Below are positions 41,455-52,049 of a stretch of DNA of 64,000 nucleotides, in pieces. A program made the position numbers and the translations under genes. Each line of letters opens with the position of its first letter. Positions within the stretch are counted from its first letter, which is position 1. This DNA is from Antechinus flavipes (lineage: Eukaryota): contig NC_067403.1 of assembly GCF_016432865.1 (NCBI RefSeq), forward strand, positions 8,680,001-8,744,000, in the 5' to 3' direction. Under the pieces are notes generated by a model, which was given only the letters and a program-made list of their open reading frames with translations, was not told the DNA's origin and did no database searches.

Positions 41455-41680
41455 AATGATAACCATAACAGCTAATATTTTTAGTGCTTACACTGTACCA
41501 GGTACGGTACTAAACACTTTGTAATTTTTATTTGATCTTTTCAACAACCAGGTACCATTATTATCTATGTTTTACATTTGAGGAAAATGAGGCAGTTTGT
41601 ATGACTTGCCCAAAGTCACACAACTAGTAAGTATCTAAGGTTATATTTGAACTTGAGTGCTAGTTGTTGTGCCATCCAGT
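41455..41680 (-). mobile_element. MIR
   Basis: caacaacc..ggtaccattattat..ttttacatttgaggaaaatgaggcag..gacttgcccaaagtcacacaactagtaag. Confidence 0.8.
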
Positions 41681-42149
41681 CATCCCCCTCAGATCACAGA
41701 TCTATTCGAGTGTGGAAATCTTCCTCACAATTATACCGAAGAGTGAAAGGGGTTCTCTCAGGAAGAAGTTGGTTCTCCCTCCCTGCGAGTCTTTAAGCAA
41801 AGGCTTTATGATCATGGCAGCTGGATGGATCACAGATGGAATCGGGAAGACCCAAGTTACTAGTTACCATTTGATGGTCAGAGGCAGGGAATCAGATACA
41901 AGGTTGTTCATGTAGCTAGCCTTAGGAACAGGATTTAAACCCACGTCCTCGGACCCCAAAGCATCCTTCTTACTGTTCCAAAAACCACGTCCTCATGACT
42001 GGTTAAATGAGATGGCTGATTTAGATGATCTCTAAGGGGCCACTCAACTTTCACATTCTGTGATTCTAGAAATAACAATCAAGCCTGAGAAAATCCCACT
42101 TTCCTTGAGGTGAGCCATAGCAAACAACTAGAGATTTCTCCCTATTGAC

Positions 42150-42790
42150 CCCTTAAACCGTTACCGCTGCCCTCCCCTCCCACAGCCCCCTAAAACAGCC
42201 TTGAAGAAAGAATGTGAATGTCTGAGCGGCAGTGATGATGCTTTTGGAGAAGGGCTGCATTAGATTAAGCCAATGAAACAATAAAAAATAAAGAAATGTA
42301 CAGAAATGGCTCGTTTTGAAATGATTCTTGGGCTTCTTCAAAGATCGTGGGGACGCTTCGTCTCCCCACAGAGGTCTGCACGCCAACAGCTCCTTAAGAT
42401 TCAGCTCCTGCAACTGTGACATTAAGCCATAAAATGTTCTGCTGATAAAGTAATTGCTCGACATGACTACCTGGTTCAAACTTGTGCTTAGCATGCATCT
42501 CTGGCCCCAGAATACAGCCGCCGATCTCCATTTAACCACCTCGGCCCCTGCATTTACCCGGAGAGGAACGGAAACAGAGTCCAAATGACTGACTCTTTCT
42601 TTTTTTTTTTTTTTTCAGACTCCAGACGGCAATCCAATAGTAGCCAACAGTAACAACATATGCTTATAATTACGATCACCATCGGGGAATTCAACCTTAC
42701 AGAGAGGATGGAAGAGAGGCCCACAAAAGGGGAGTTGCAGAGCTCTCCCCAAAACAGGCACAAGGGGGATGACCATTCCCGGCTAATGGG
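42150..42790. promoter_or_regulatory. Unique CpG-retaining element, candidate conserved enhancer
   Basis: About 18 CpG in 670 bp (manual count), no repeat similarity; AACAAT (42277), CAATAAAA (42279), CCATAAAA (42427), TGATAA (42443), TAATTG (42451). Confidence 0.45.
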
Positions 42791-43999
42791 AGAAACTTTC
42801 TGGGGCTAAGAGCCACTGGTTTCCAGCCAGGCTCTTGGAGGATCTACATTATTTTTGCTGAACACAAAAACTGAAAAACAAAAGCTCTCTCTCAGTCCTG
42901 GCTTTCTCTCCTGGTCCAGAGAAATCTGCCAGTCCAGATAAATCTCCAAAAATCTTCTGCCCAGATGAGAAAGAGGGGACTTTCAGGGCAGGGGAGAAAG
43001 AGGTCCAGTCGGGGACACGACTGAGATCAGAGATGTAACGGAGGTTGGTTTATAGCTGTTCACAGGGGCAAATGGCACAGAATATCCCCTGAGCTGGGAG
43101 AGGGACTGGAGGAAAACAGAGATCCTAGAGATCCACTGCCGGAAAGGCTGTAATAAAGAGAAGGGAGCAGGTCAGACTGGGGAAAGAGCTCACCCAAAAG
43201 TTACCTAGTTTAATTAATTATGTTGGTTAATTAGGTGCTGGTTGTTATCATTCCTATGCCACCAAAGAGGAACAAAAGTATCATTAGCAAACTCAAAATT
43301 TGGCATCTTGGGGCAAAGGTCTTGCTGTCTTGTCCTAGTTAAAACTCTGCTTAGGATTTCAGTATAGTCCGGATGATTCTCAGATGACCTCCCTAATTCA
43401 TTCTTTCTCCTGAAGGGTTTCTGGCTCCAGGCAGGAAATCAGCCATCTGTTTAGCTCTAGGTTCCCCCAGCAGATTTAATCGGTGCTTAAGGGTACCACT
43501 GGAGGCCCGAGTATGTATTTCAGGCAGTCCAGCATTGTGAGTACCAGACAGAACAAGCGGTTGCAAGTCATACATGTAACAACTTTTCCCCCCTTCCAAT
43601 TGTTTTCTATTTTCAATGAACAATTAGGTTTTTTTTCTCTGCCCCACCTTGTGCAATCAACAACCCTTGGTAAGAAGATTGAAAAAAAATTCTTGTAAAT
43701 ATTTAGAATCAAGACATTTTTGTCATTTGTGAGACTTAGATACAAGAACTCAGCTTTGGCAGTATGAAATGGGGGAGACAAAGTTCTGCAAAAGAACAAG
43801 GGACCACAAAATTAATATACATCAACAAAACAGCTAATGCTCCTGATCTGCTTTAAAAGAGATAAGACTTTCAGGACTAGGGGGTTTCCCTGTACTCCTT
43901 CATCTTCAGCAGATTTCCCTGGGAATATTGGGTTCACTTCTCAGTGACACAGATAAATAAATTATAGCGTCCAGAGAAGAACAATCAGGATGTTGAATC

Positions 44000-44340
44000 C
44001 ATATCACCAGAAGATCACCTGAAGGAACTGGAGATACTCAGCCTCAGAAGAGGAGACTTGGAGGAGGAAGTGCAGAGGGGAGAACTTAATAATATCTGAC
44101 TTCAAGCATGTGAAAACCTGTTGTCTGGAAGTGGGATCAAATTGGCTCTCATCAATCCCAGAAGGCAGGACCAGTTGCAGTAGGTAGAAAGTATAAAGAA
44201 GCCAATTTAGGCTCGATTGAAGGGGAAAATTGTCAACAATTAGCACTGTTTAAAAATAGAATGACTTCCCTGGAGAGGTTGTGGGCTTCACAAATGATAT
44301 GTGAAGTGGGGATTCCTTTTGTGGATGGCCAAGATGAAAT
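44000..44340 (+). mobile_element. L3/CR1 3' fragment
   Basis: gaaggaactggagatactcagcctcagaagaggagact..cttcaagcatgtgaa..ccagaaggcaggaccag. Confidence 0.7.
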
Positions 44341-45224
44341 GCCCATTGAGTCTTCTGATGTCCCAGCACTTAGTGCAGTGCCTTGAGCAAAGTAAGTTGT
44401 TAATAAATGCCCCATGACTGACTACCAATCCTGCCTATGTTTCTTGGTTAGTCTTAGAGTAAATAATGTTTCATAAACATTAACTCTTAAAAAAAAGAGT
44501 ATGGATTCTGTGAGAATTGCAACAATATAATATAGGCAGATGTTGATGTGTCTGTGTCTATATGTTAACAGATATCTCTATCTCTCTATAGAGCTATATA
44601 GGCATATATATAGACATATATGTATGTATGTGGTTGTGTGTATGTATTCCCTTCTTATACAGTACCTAACAGAGCTCTGCACATAAGAAATTGTTCATAA
44701 ATGTGTATTGGATTCAATTTTCAAAATGAAGGGTTGCAAGGGGCAAATGAGAGGTGGTTAGAACATTAAAGAGAAAATACATATGGAGAGGAAAAGAGAT
44801 AAGGCAGAGAACAAGGGCTGCCTTTGGAGGGGAATGGCAAGTCTCATCTCAGAGTTTGCTATAGGTCACCAGAAACAACCTCCTGGGTCTACAGGACTTC
44901 AGCACCGACTGATGTTTGGGAAGTCAGGGTTATGGTCCACAGCTTGAATGGCACTTTTGGAAATGAGGTCATCATTCTCCATATTCCTTCCCTAGTGAAT
45001 TCCTCCCTAAAGGAAGAGAATAGGTAGAGAAAGAGGGAGAAAGAAAAGTGGAAGGTAAAGAAGAAAATGGATCAAAGATGAGATAGAAAGAGCAAAGGGA
45101 GAAAGAAGAGGGGAAACGATCACTATGCAATTCTCAAAGTCTGAAAATTGTAGAAAAATTGCCAACTCCTTTTGGTAGAAGGAACTTCTTCACCTATGTT
45201 TTCTCAATAACAAAGAAGTTATAG

Positions 45225-45282
45225 GTTCAGTTCCTATCCGTGTAAGTCATATATATATGACTTACACGGATAGGAACTGAAC
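45225..45282. repeat. 58-bp perfect palindrome (no spacer) centred on (AT)5
   Basis: gttcagttcctatccgtgtaagtc-atatatatat-gacttacacggataggaactgaac, checked base by base. Confidence 0.97.
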
Positions 45283-45440
45283 ATACATAGGAACATGTAT
45301 GTATGTGTATGTATATGTATGTGTATATATATGTATATATGTATGTGATTTATACATATACACACATATATACATGTATGATTCGTTCGTATATACATAG
45401 ATATGATTTATACATATATGTGTACATATATGTCATGTAT
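45283..45440. repeat. Degenerate (TA/TG/CA)n low-complexity tract
   Basis: Directly visible. Confidence 0.85.
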
Positions 45441-45599
45441 TAATTTAGGTAAGAATTTGGGTGTGAGATACATACAGAAGATAACCTTAAAGAGATATGC
45501 CTTCTGCAGAAGTCTAGATGAAAGCTAGAAGCACTGTTGGTTATTATCTAGATCTGAATTCTTAATGGTTTTTCAAGTTGTTGGGTTTTTTTTTTCTTG

Positions 45600-47740
45600 T
45601 ATTGTCATTGTATGAAGACATTGTATAATTATTGCATAGTCATTCTTCTGGTTCTTATCCATTTGCTCTGTATCTGTTCATATTATTGTTCAAGGTTTCT
45701 CTCAATCCATTCCCTTCACAATTTTTATATTACAACAGTATTCTAGTACATTTGAATATTAAAATCTATTAGATTTTTTTCTGTTTTGGCTCTTCAATGT
45801 TAAGTTATCAAAAACATATTTGTATCAGAAGAAATTTGGCAAAGCCCCTTCTTTCATTATTTTTGCAATCTGTACAATGTTAGAATTGCTCTTTAAATCT
45901 TACAAATCCATGTGATCTTAGTTTTTACACCCTTTGAAAATTCATTTATGATTTCCTCGATTTCTTTTTCTATGATAAGGTTATTCAAATTATCTTTTTT
46001 GTTCTATTAATTGAACATTTTGTATTTTTTGTAAAGTTTCATCTATTTTATTTCAATCATCAATTTTATTGGTACAGAGTTCTTTGTGACTTTTCCTTTT
46101 CAACTATATATATATATGTATATGTATATGTATAACTTTTCTTGTTTATAATATATACATGTTTGATTCTGAAATACATTAAAGTCCCAATATTATAATT
46201 TCATTATTTCTCCCTGATAACTTGAGAGTAACTTGTTTACTTTTTTCTTTAATTTTTGGATGCTATGACATTTAGTATATGTGTTATATATTGAAATAAA
46301 TTATCCTTGGTACCTTTCAGCAAAATGTAATTTCTGTGTTTCTCTCCTCAAGCAAGTCCATTTTCCTTGTTGCTTTATCTGACATCATGATTGTTATCCC
46401 TGTTTATTTTAAGTTATACTAAAATATATTCTTTTGCTCCAGATATTTATGTTAATTCCTATGTGAATCTCTAGGTTTTAAGTTTCCATCTTTCTCAAAC
46501 AATTTACTGTTTGAGTCTGCTTTTAATTCAATTCATGGTCCTTCTCTATTTTGTAGGTAAGTTCATCCCATTCACATTTATAATTATGATCAAAAAATAT
46601 ATGTTTCCTTTCATATTATTCTCTTTTACTGTTCTCTCTCTCTCTCCTTCTCTTAATACAGAAGAGGAAGACTCAGAATCAGTGTCTTCAGTAGCAATTC
46701 TCAATGGAATCAGCTTTCATTCATATATCCCTCTTCCTTTCCCGCCCTGCTCCCCTGAGTCAAACCCCAATCGAAGCTTCTTATTCTCTTTTTCTTTACT
46801 TCTATGCTCCTCTTCACAATTTCCTCTTTGAACTTAAGTTTGTTTTCTTATGAGTAATTTCTCCTTTCTCCTTAAATCCACTTTCCTTTTTATTCCCCTC
46901 TTTCTGCTTTCCCTGTGTTTTATGTTTCCCTGTAGAATAGAATTTATTTCCTCAAAATTTTTTCATATGTGTGTGAAATTATGTGTGGTCTGCTCTGCTC
47001 TGACCAGTTCAGAAGAAAGTGAAATTCCAGTGATGCTCTCTCCCCTTCTCTCCCCCTTCCTCATTTATATAAACTTCTTTTATAAGAGGTCATTGGTCCC
47101 ACTCTCTTCCCCCACTTTTCTTCTCCATCAAATCATTCTTTTACTCTACTCCCTTTCCTTTTTTTCTTTTAAACATTATCAAAAACAGAACAAACACTCC
47201 AAGATCCTCTGTTTTTCTCAAATCTCTCCATGACCTCTGATGACAGAAGATACTTTTATTCTTCCCTTATTTCAGGATGTAAATGCTTCATTCATATAAA
47301 GTCCCTTTTGAAGATCAACCTTTGCATTTATTGTTCTGTTTCTCTTTATTTTTGAATTTATATTTCAAAGTGTCTATCCAACTTTTATTTTTCACCAGGA
47401 ATTCCCTCAGCAAGATTGTAACTACTTTTGCTGGATAAGTTATTCTTTTTTTGTAAACCTCTATCTTTCAGCTTCTGGAATATTATATCATATGGTCTTT
47501 ATAGGAATAGCTGCTAAATCATGAATGATCCTGACCAGAGTTCTTTACTCACTATTTAATTTTTTTTTCATTTTTAATCTAATCTAAAATACTGCAGTTT
47601 TGGCTATGAAGTTTCTGGAAACTTGTTTTTGAAGATTATTTTCAGGAGATAATTAAAAATCTGTGTTTTTTTAGCTTCATCTTCTTGATCTAAAATACCT
47701 GGACATTCTGTCATAGTTCCTTGAAATATGATAGCTAAGC
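45600..47740 (-). mobile_element. Old L1 fragment (ORF2 EN region, inter-ORF, ORF1)
   Basis: Shares antisense EN-start text with 29930-30010 (gttcatcccattcacatttataattat). Confidence 0.65.
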
Positions 47741-47774
47741 TCTTTTTTTGGTCCCAATTTTTCAGTCATCCAAT

Positions 47775-47960
47775 AATATCAAATCCACATATCATGTGGA
47801 TATGTAGCAAAACACTTTTGTGATCCGAATCAGATTAAAAGGTAATTAGGAAATGTTAAGCAAAATAAGTCAAAATGCAATGTAATGCATATAATGTTAA
47901 TTTGTAGTTTTTAAGTCAATAAAAGCAGCCCAAGGGGTCCATTTTTATTTGACCGGAATC
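47775..47960. mobile_element. Non-autonomous hAT-like MITE, copy 2
   Basis: aatcagattaaaaggtaattaggaaatgttaagcaaaata..aagtcaata core. Confidence 0.55.
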
Positions 47961-48224
47961 TTAACTGATTGGAAAACAGATCAAAGGGAGAATTTATTTG
48001 ACAGGATATACTTTATTATTTGTTCTTTTTTCAGTCTTTTGACTTTTTAAATATTTTTATTGTCTTATGGAATTATTCACTTTTGTTTGATGCATTCTAA
48101 TTTTCAGAGTCTCTTACTTGGGTTATGCTGCATACCTACTATACTAAGATTTTTCATTCTTTTTGAATGTCTTTCCTCCAATTCTTCCATTTCTTTTCAA
48201 ATTTGTTCCTATATTGTTCTTATT

Positions 48225-48395
48225 TCTTACTAGGTGTGTGACCATGGGCAAGTTACTCAACCCTTTTTGCCTCAGTTTCCTCATTTGTAAAATGAGCTGG
48301 AGAAGGGAATGGAAACCCCACCCAGTATTCCTACCTAGAAAATCCCAGATAAGGTGATGGAGAGTCAGACACAAGTGAAATGGCTGAACAACAAT
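48225..48395 (+). mobile_element. Mar1-type SINE
   Basis: gcctcagtttcctcatttgtaaaatgagctggagaagggaatgg..gagagtcagacacaagtgaaatggctgaacaacaa. Confidence 0.88.
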
Positions 48396-49324
48396 TAATG
48401 CTTGTTGGAGCATACTGAAGTCCTGAAATATAAACAAAAGTAATCACATACTCCCTTATTGTACTCTTTGTAATCCTAAGGATAAAGGAAAAATCCTGGG
48501 AAAAGGATTGCCAGTATGAGAATGAATTAAAAACAAGAGCTTGTTTTATGAAGTGGCATTGCAAAATGTTTTCTTAATGTACTTCCTTTGGTTGTATAAA
48601 AGGTATTTTTATTTAGACTTTTACATCAGCATCTCTTCTGGGTTGACTTGACCTTGTTATATACGTATCTGCAACTGAAAAAAGATTAGTAATTCACAAA
48701 AGAGAAGTTGAACCAACATCTTTTTACTTGGATCATAAAGAGTGTCCAAGCAAATTACTTCTCCAGCCCAGGAAGTTTATTAATCCATTAAATGAGGAGT
48801 TAGTGACATATTTAACTAGCTTCTCATGGAAAACCTCCAAATCCTCCCATGGTGTAGTTGTTTTGGCTGTGAGGAACCAGCTGTCACTAGCTGTGTGAGA
48901 CAGTTAAATATAGACAAATATATTGATAAATTAACAGTGGGAACCTGGAAAAAATTAGGGTTTTGACTTAGTCAATGTACATCTGACAACTTCAAAAGGT
49001 ATCTAATGAGAAATGATCTTGAATGAAATTTTAATTTCACCATGTGACTAAAATATAATAAAAACTGGAGAAAATGAGGAAATCAATTCAAATTCAACCA
49101 AAACTTACCAAAAGCCAACCATTTTTAAGGACCCATCCTGAGGACACAAGAAATAAATGCCCAAATAAACCTCATTACTGAAGTCCTCAGTATATATGTG
49201 GGATGTACTGAATTTCCAAAACCATAAGTTGGGTTCTTCCCTATTCCCTCTCTTACTAACTGCATGAATTTTAATAGTAATTAGGGTAACGTTCTCATTC
49301 GGGTGCTTTTCAGTCTCGAGGCTT

Positions 49325-49545
49325 GGTAATGTCATTTGGAGTTTTCATGACAGAGATACTGAAGTGGTTGGCCATTTCCTTCTCCAGCTCACTTTACAGG
49401 TGGGGAAACTGAGGCAGGCAGGGGGAAGGGACTGACCTCGGGTCACCCAACTTGTAAGTGCCCCAGGCTGGGTCGGATCTGAAACAGAGGAGTCTGACTG
49501 GGACCCAGCATTCGTGCACTATGGCGCCCCCTAGCGGCAGCCTAG
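49325..49545 (-). mobile_element. Mar1-type SINE with GC-shifted 5' half
   Basis: gatactgaagtggttggccatttccttctccagctcactttacagg..gaaactgaggc. Confidence 0.85.
49522..49540 (-). promoter_or_regulatory. CTCF core motif
   Basis: Minus strand CTGCCGCTAGGGGGCGCCA fits CC-R-S-Y-AG-R-K-GGC-R-S at every position; occupancy not shown. Confidence 0.65.
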
Positions 49546-49566
49546 AGCAAATAACGTAGTGTATGT

Positions 49567-50074
49567 NNNNNNNNNNNNNNNNNNNNNNNNNNNNNNNNNN
49601 NNNNNNNNNNNNNNNNNNNNNNNNNNNNNNNNNNNNNNNNNNNNNNNNNNNNNNNNNNNNNNNNNNNNNNNNNNNNNNNNNNNNNNNNNNNNNNNNNNNN
49701 NNNNNNNNNNNNNNNNNNNNNNNNNNNNNNNNNNNNNNNNNNNNNNNNNNNNNNNNNNNNNNNNNNNNNNNNNNNNNNNNNNNNNNNNNNNNNNNNNNNN
49801 NNNNNNNNNNNNNNNNNNNNNNNNNNNNNNNNNNNNNNNNNNNNNNNNNNNNNNNNNNNNNNNNNNNNNNNNNNNNNNNNNNNNNNNNNNNNNNNNNNNN
49901 NNNNNNNNNNNNNNNNNNNNNNNNNNNNNNNNNNNNNNNNNNNNNNNNNNNNNNNNNNNNNNNNNNNNNNNNNNNNNNNNNNNNNNNNNNNNNNNNNNNN
50001 NNNNNNNNNNNNNNNNNNNNNNNNNNNNNNNNNNNNNNNNNNNNNNNNNNNNNNNNNNNNNNNNNNNNNNNNNN
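49567..50074. other. Assembly gap (508 N)
   Basis: Run of N. Confidence 1.
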
Positions 50075-51624
50075 AAGTTTAATGAATCAGAAAAAAAAAA
50101 TTAGTCCCTACCTCAAACCTTGAATGGAGGGAAGAATTCTGAATAAGGAAAGACCTAAGCAAATGATCGGAGGTGGGAGAGTGTAACTTGACCAGATAGC
50201 AGTTCATAAAAGTACAGGAGTATGAAATAGGATTGGAAAGGTAGCTTGGAGGCAAACTGTGAAAAATTCATTTTCCAGGTTAAAAACACGAGAGCAAAGC
50301 TGGCACTCCAATAGAAAAGAGGCACAGAACAAAAGCATTTTCTTGGCTTGTTTTTTTTTACTTGTTAATTCAATAGACTCTTCTTTTTAAAAGAAGAGAC
50401 TTTGTGTAAGATTGTGCTCTTTCCTAACTCTATGATTGTTTGATGCTCATATTGTTGATGATGTTTTATATTTTAAACATACTAGGCCTAAAACAAAATT
50501 AAAAAAAAATATCTCTGCTATATAGACTTTTAAATGGATAGGAAAAGATTTTAGGGTCCCTAATTCCTTTACGAGGCAAATATGGCTTTTATTCCTAATC
50601 TGAAAAAAGATAAAGCTTAGAGAGAACATTATAACCAATATCAATGAATATTGATACTAAAATATTAAATAAAACAGCTGCAAATAGAATATAGAAGTTT
50701 ATTTTAAAATACCTATCACAAACAAGGAAGATTTATAAACATAATACTTTGCTTTAATACTGGCAAAGTCATCAATAGAATAAATTATATCAATAAGAGG
50801 AAAAATAAAGTCTATATCATCATATCACTGGGTAGAGAGAAATCTTCAATAAAGTATAATAACTAAGTGTCAAAAATTTTTAAATGTTATAGAAAGACAT
50901 CTATAATATCATGTATGACCATATATAAAACCAAGAACTAATAACACATACAATATGAAATAGAATCATTTCTATTTTAATATAAATATATGTAGAAGAT
51001 TTAGGGTATTAAAAATGGCAAGTACTACTAGATTCAGATGATGCCCAATTTTGTAAACTGTTTTTCTTGTCTTTCTTTTCTCCTATTTGTTACAAAGACT
51101 GGCTTCCTGGATAGGGGGAGAAGGAAGAGATATATTTGGAACTGAAGATGATATAAAAACAAAGCTATCAATAAAAATAAGATTAAGAGAACAGGTGTTA
51201 ACAAGAATATCAGCTCTCACTCCACTGCTTAAGAATTTTAGAATCCTTAGCAATAACTATAAGGCATTAAAAAGATATTAAATATACTTTGGCAATGAAG
51301 AAGTTAAAGTATCTATTTGCAGAAAAAGATGGTTATATACATAGAAAAATCAACAGTAAAAAAAAAATGGAGGTAATCTATAAAATTACCAGTAAAATAA
51401 CCAATATATGGCATAAATCTACAAAATCATTTGATTCTCTATATGACACAACCAAGAAAAGATGCTCAAAGAAAATATTCTCTTTATAATCAAATAAATT
51501 GAATGTCAGAACATTAGCTAATGATTCATGAAGTACTTTGCAAATTTTTTTCTCAATTTATCCCCAAAACAACCCTGGAAGGTAAATGCCATTACCATCC
51601 CCATTTATGCTGTTGTTGCAAAGT

Positions 51625-51880
51625 AGTGATGGTGGTTCAGTTATGTTCAATTCTTTTCTACCCCATTTGGGGTTTTCTTGGACAAGATACTGAATGGGCT
51701 TGTCATGATTTTCTCCAGCACATTTTACAGGAGAGGAAACTGAGGCAGACAGAATTAAGGGACTTGCCCAAGGCCACATAGCTAGTCAGATGGTCTGTCA
51801 CTGGATTCAAACTCAGGAAATTAAATCTTTCTGACTTCAGACCCAGCATGCTATGCACCATGGCCTCTCCTAGCTGCCCC
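51625..51880 (-). mobile_element. Mar1-type SINE nested in a MIR (about 51520-52020)
   Basis: ggggttttcttggacaagatactgaatggg..gaggaaactgaggcagacag..ctagctgcccc; MIR text continues on both sides. Confidence 0.85.
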
Positions 51881-52049
51881 ATTTTACAAACAAGGAAATT
51901 GAGATGGAGTTTAAGAAAATCACACTTCCCTAATAACACAATAGTAAATGTCTGAAGGTGGTTTTGAACGCAGGCTTCCTCATATTTGGTCTAATGCTCT
52001 GGCCATCAAGCCACCCAATTTCTCATGTCATACAGAAGACCTAGGAGCA

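Noticed and set aside
42153-42584. 143-aa ORF as a CDS
   Set aside because: No recognisable domain or exon partners; better explained as a by-product of a GC-richer island (kept only as a check item)
49559-50123. 181-aa and 186-aa ORFs
   Set aside because: Artefacts of translating the N gap
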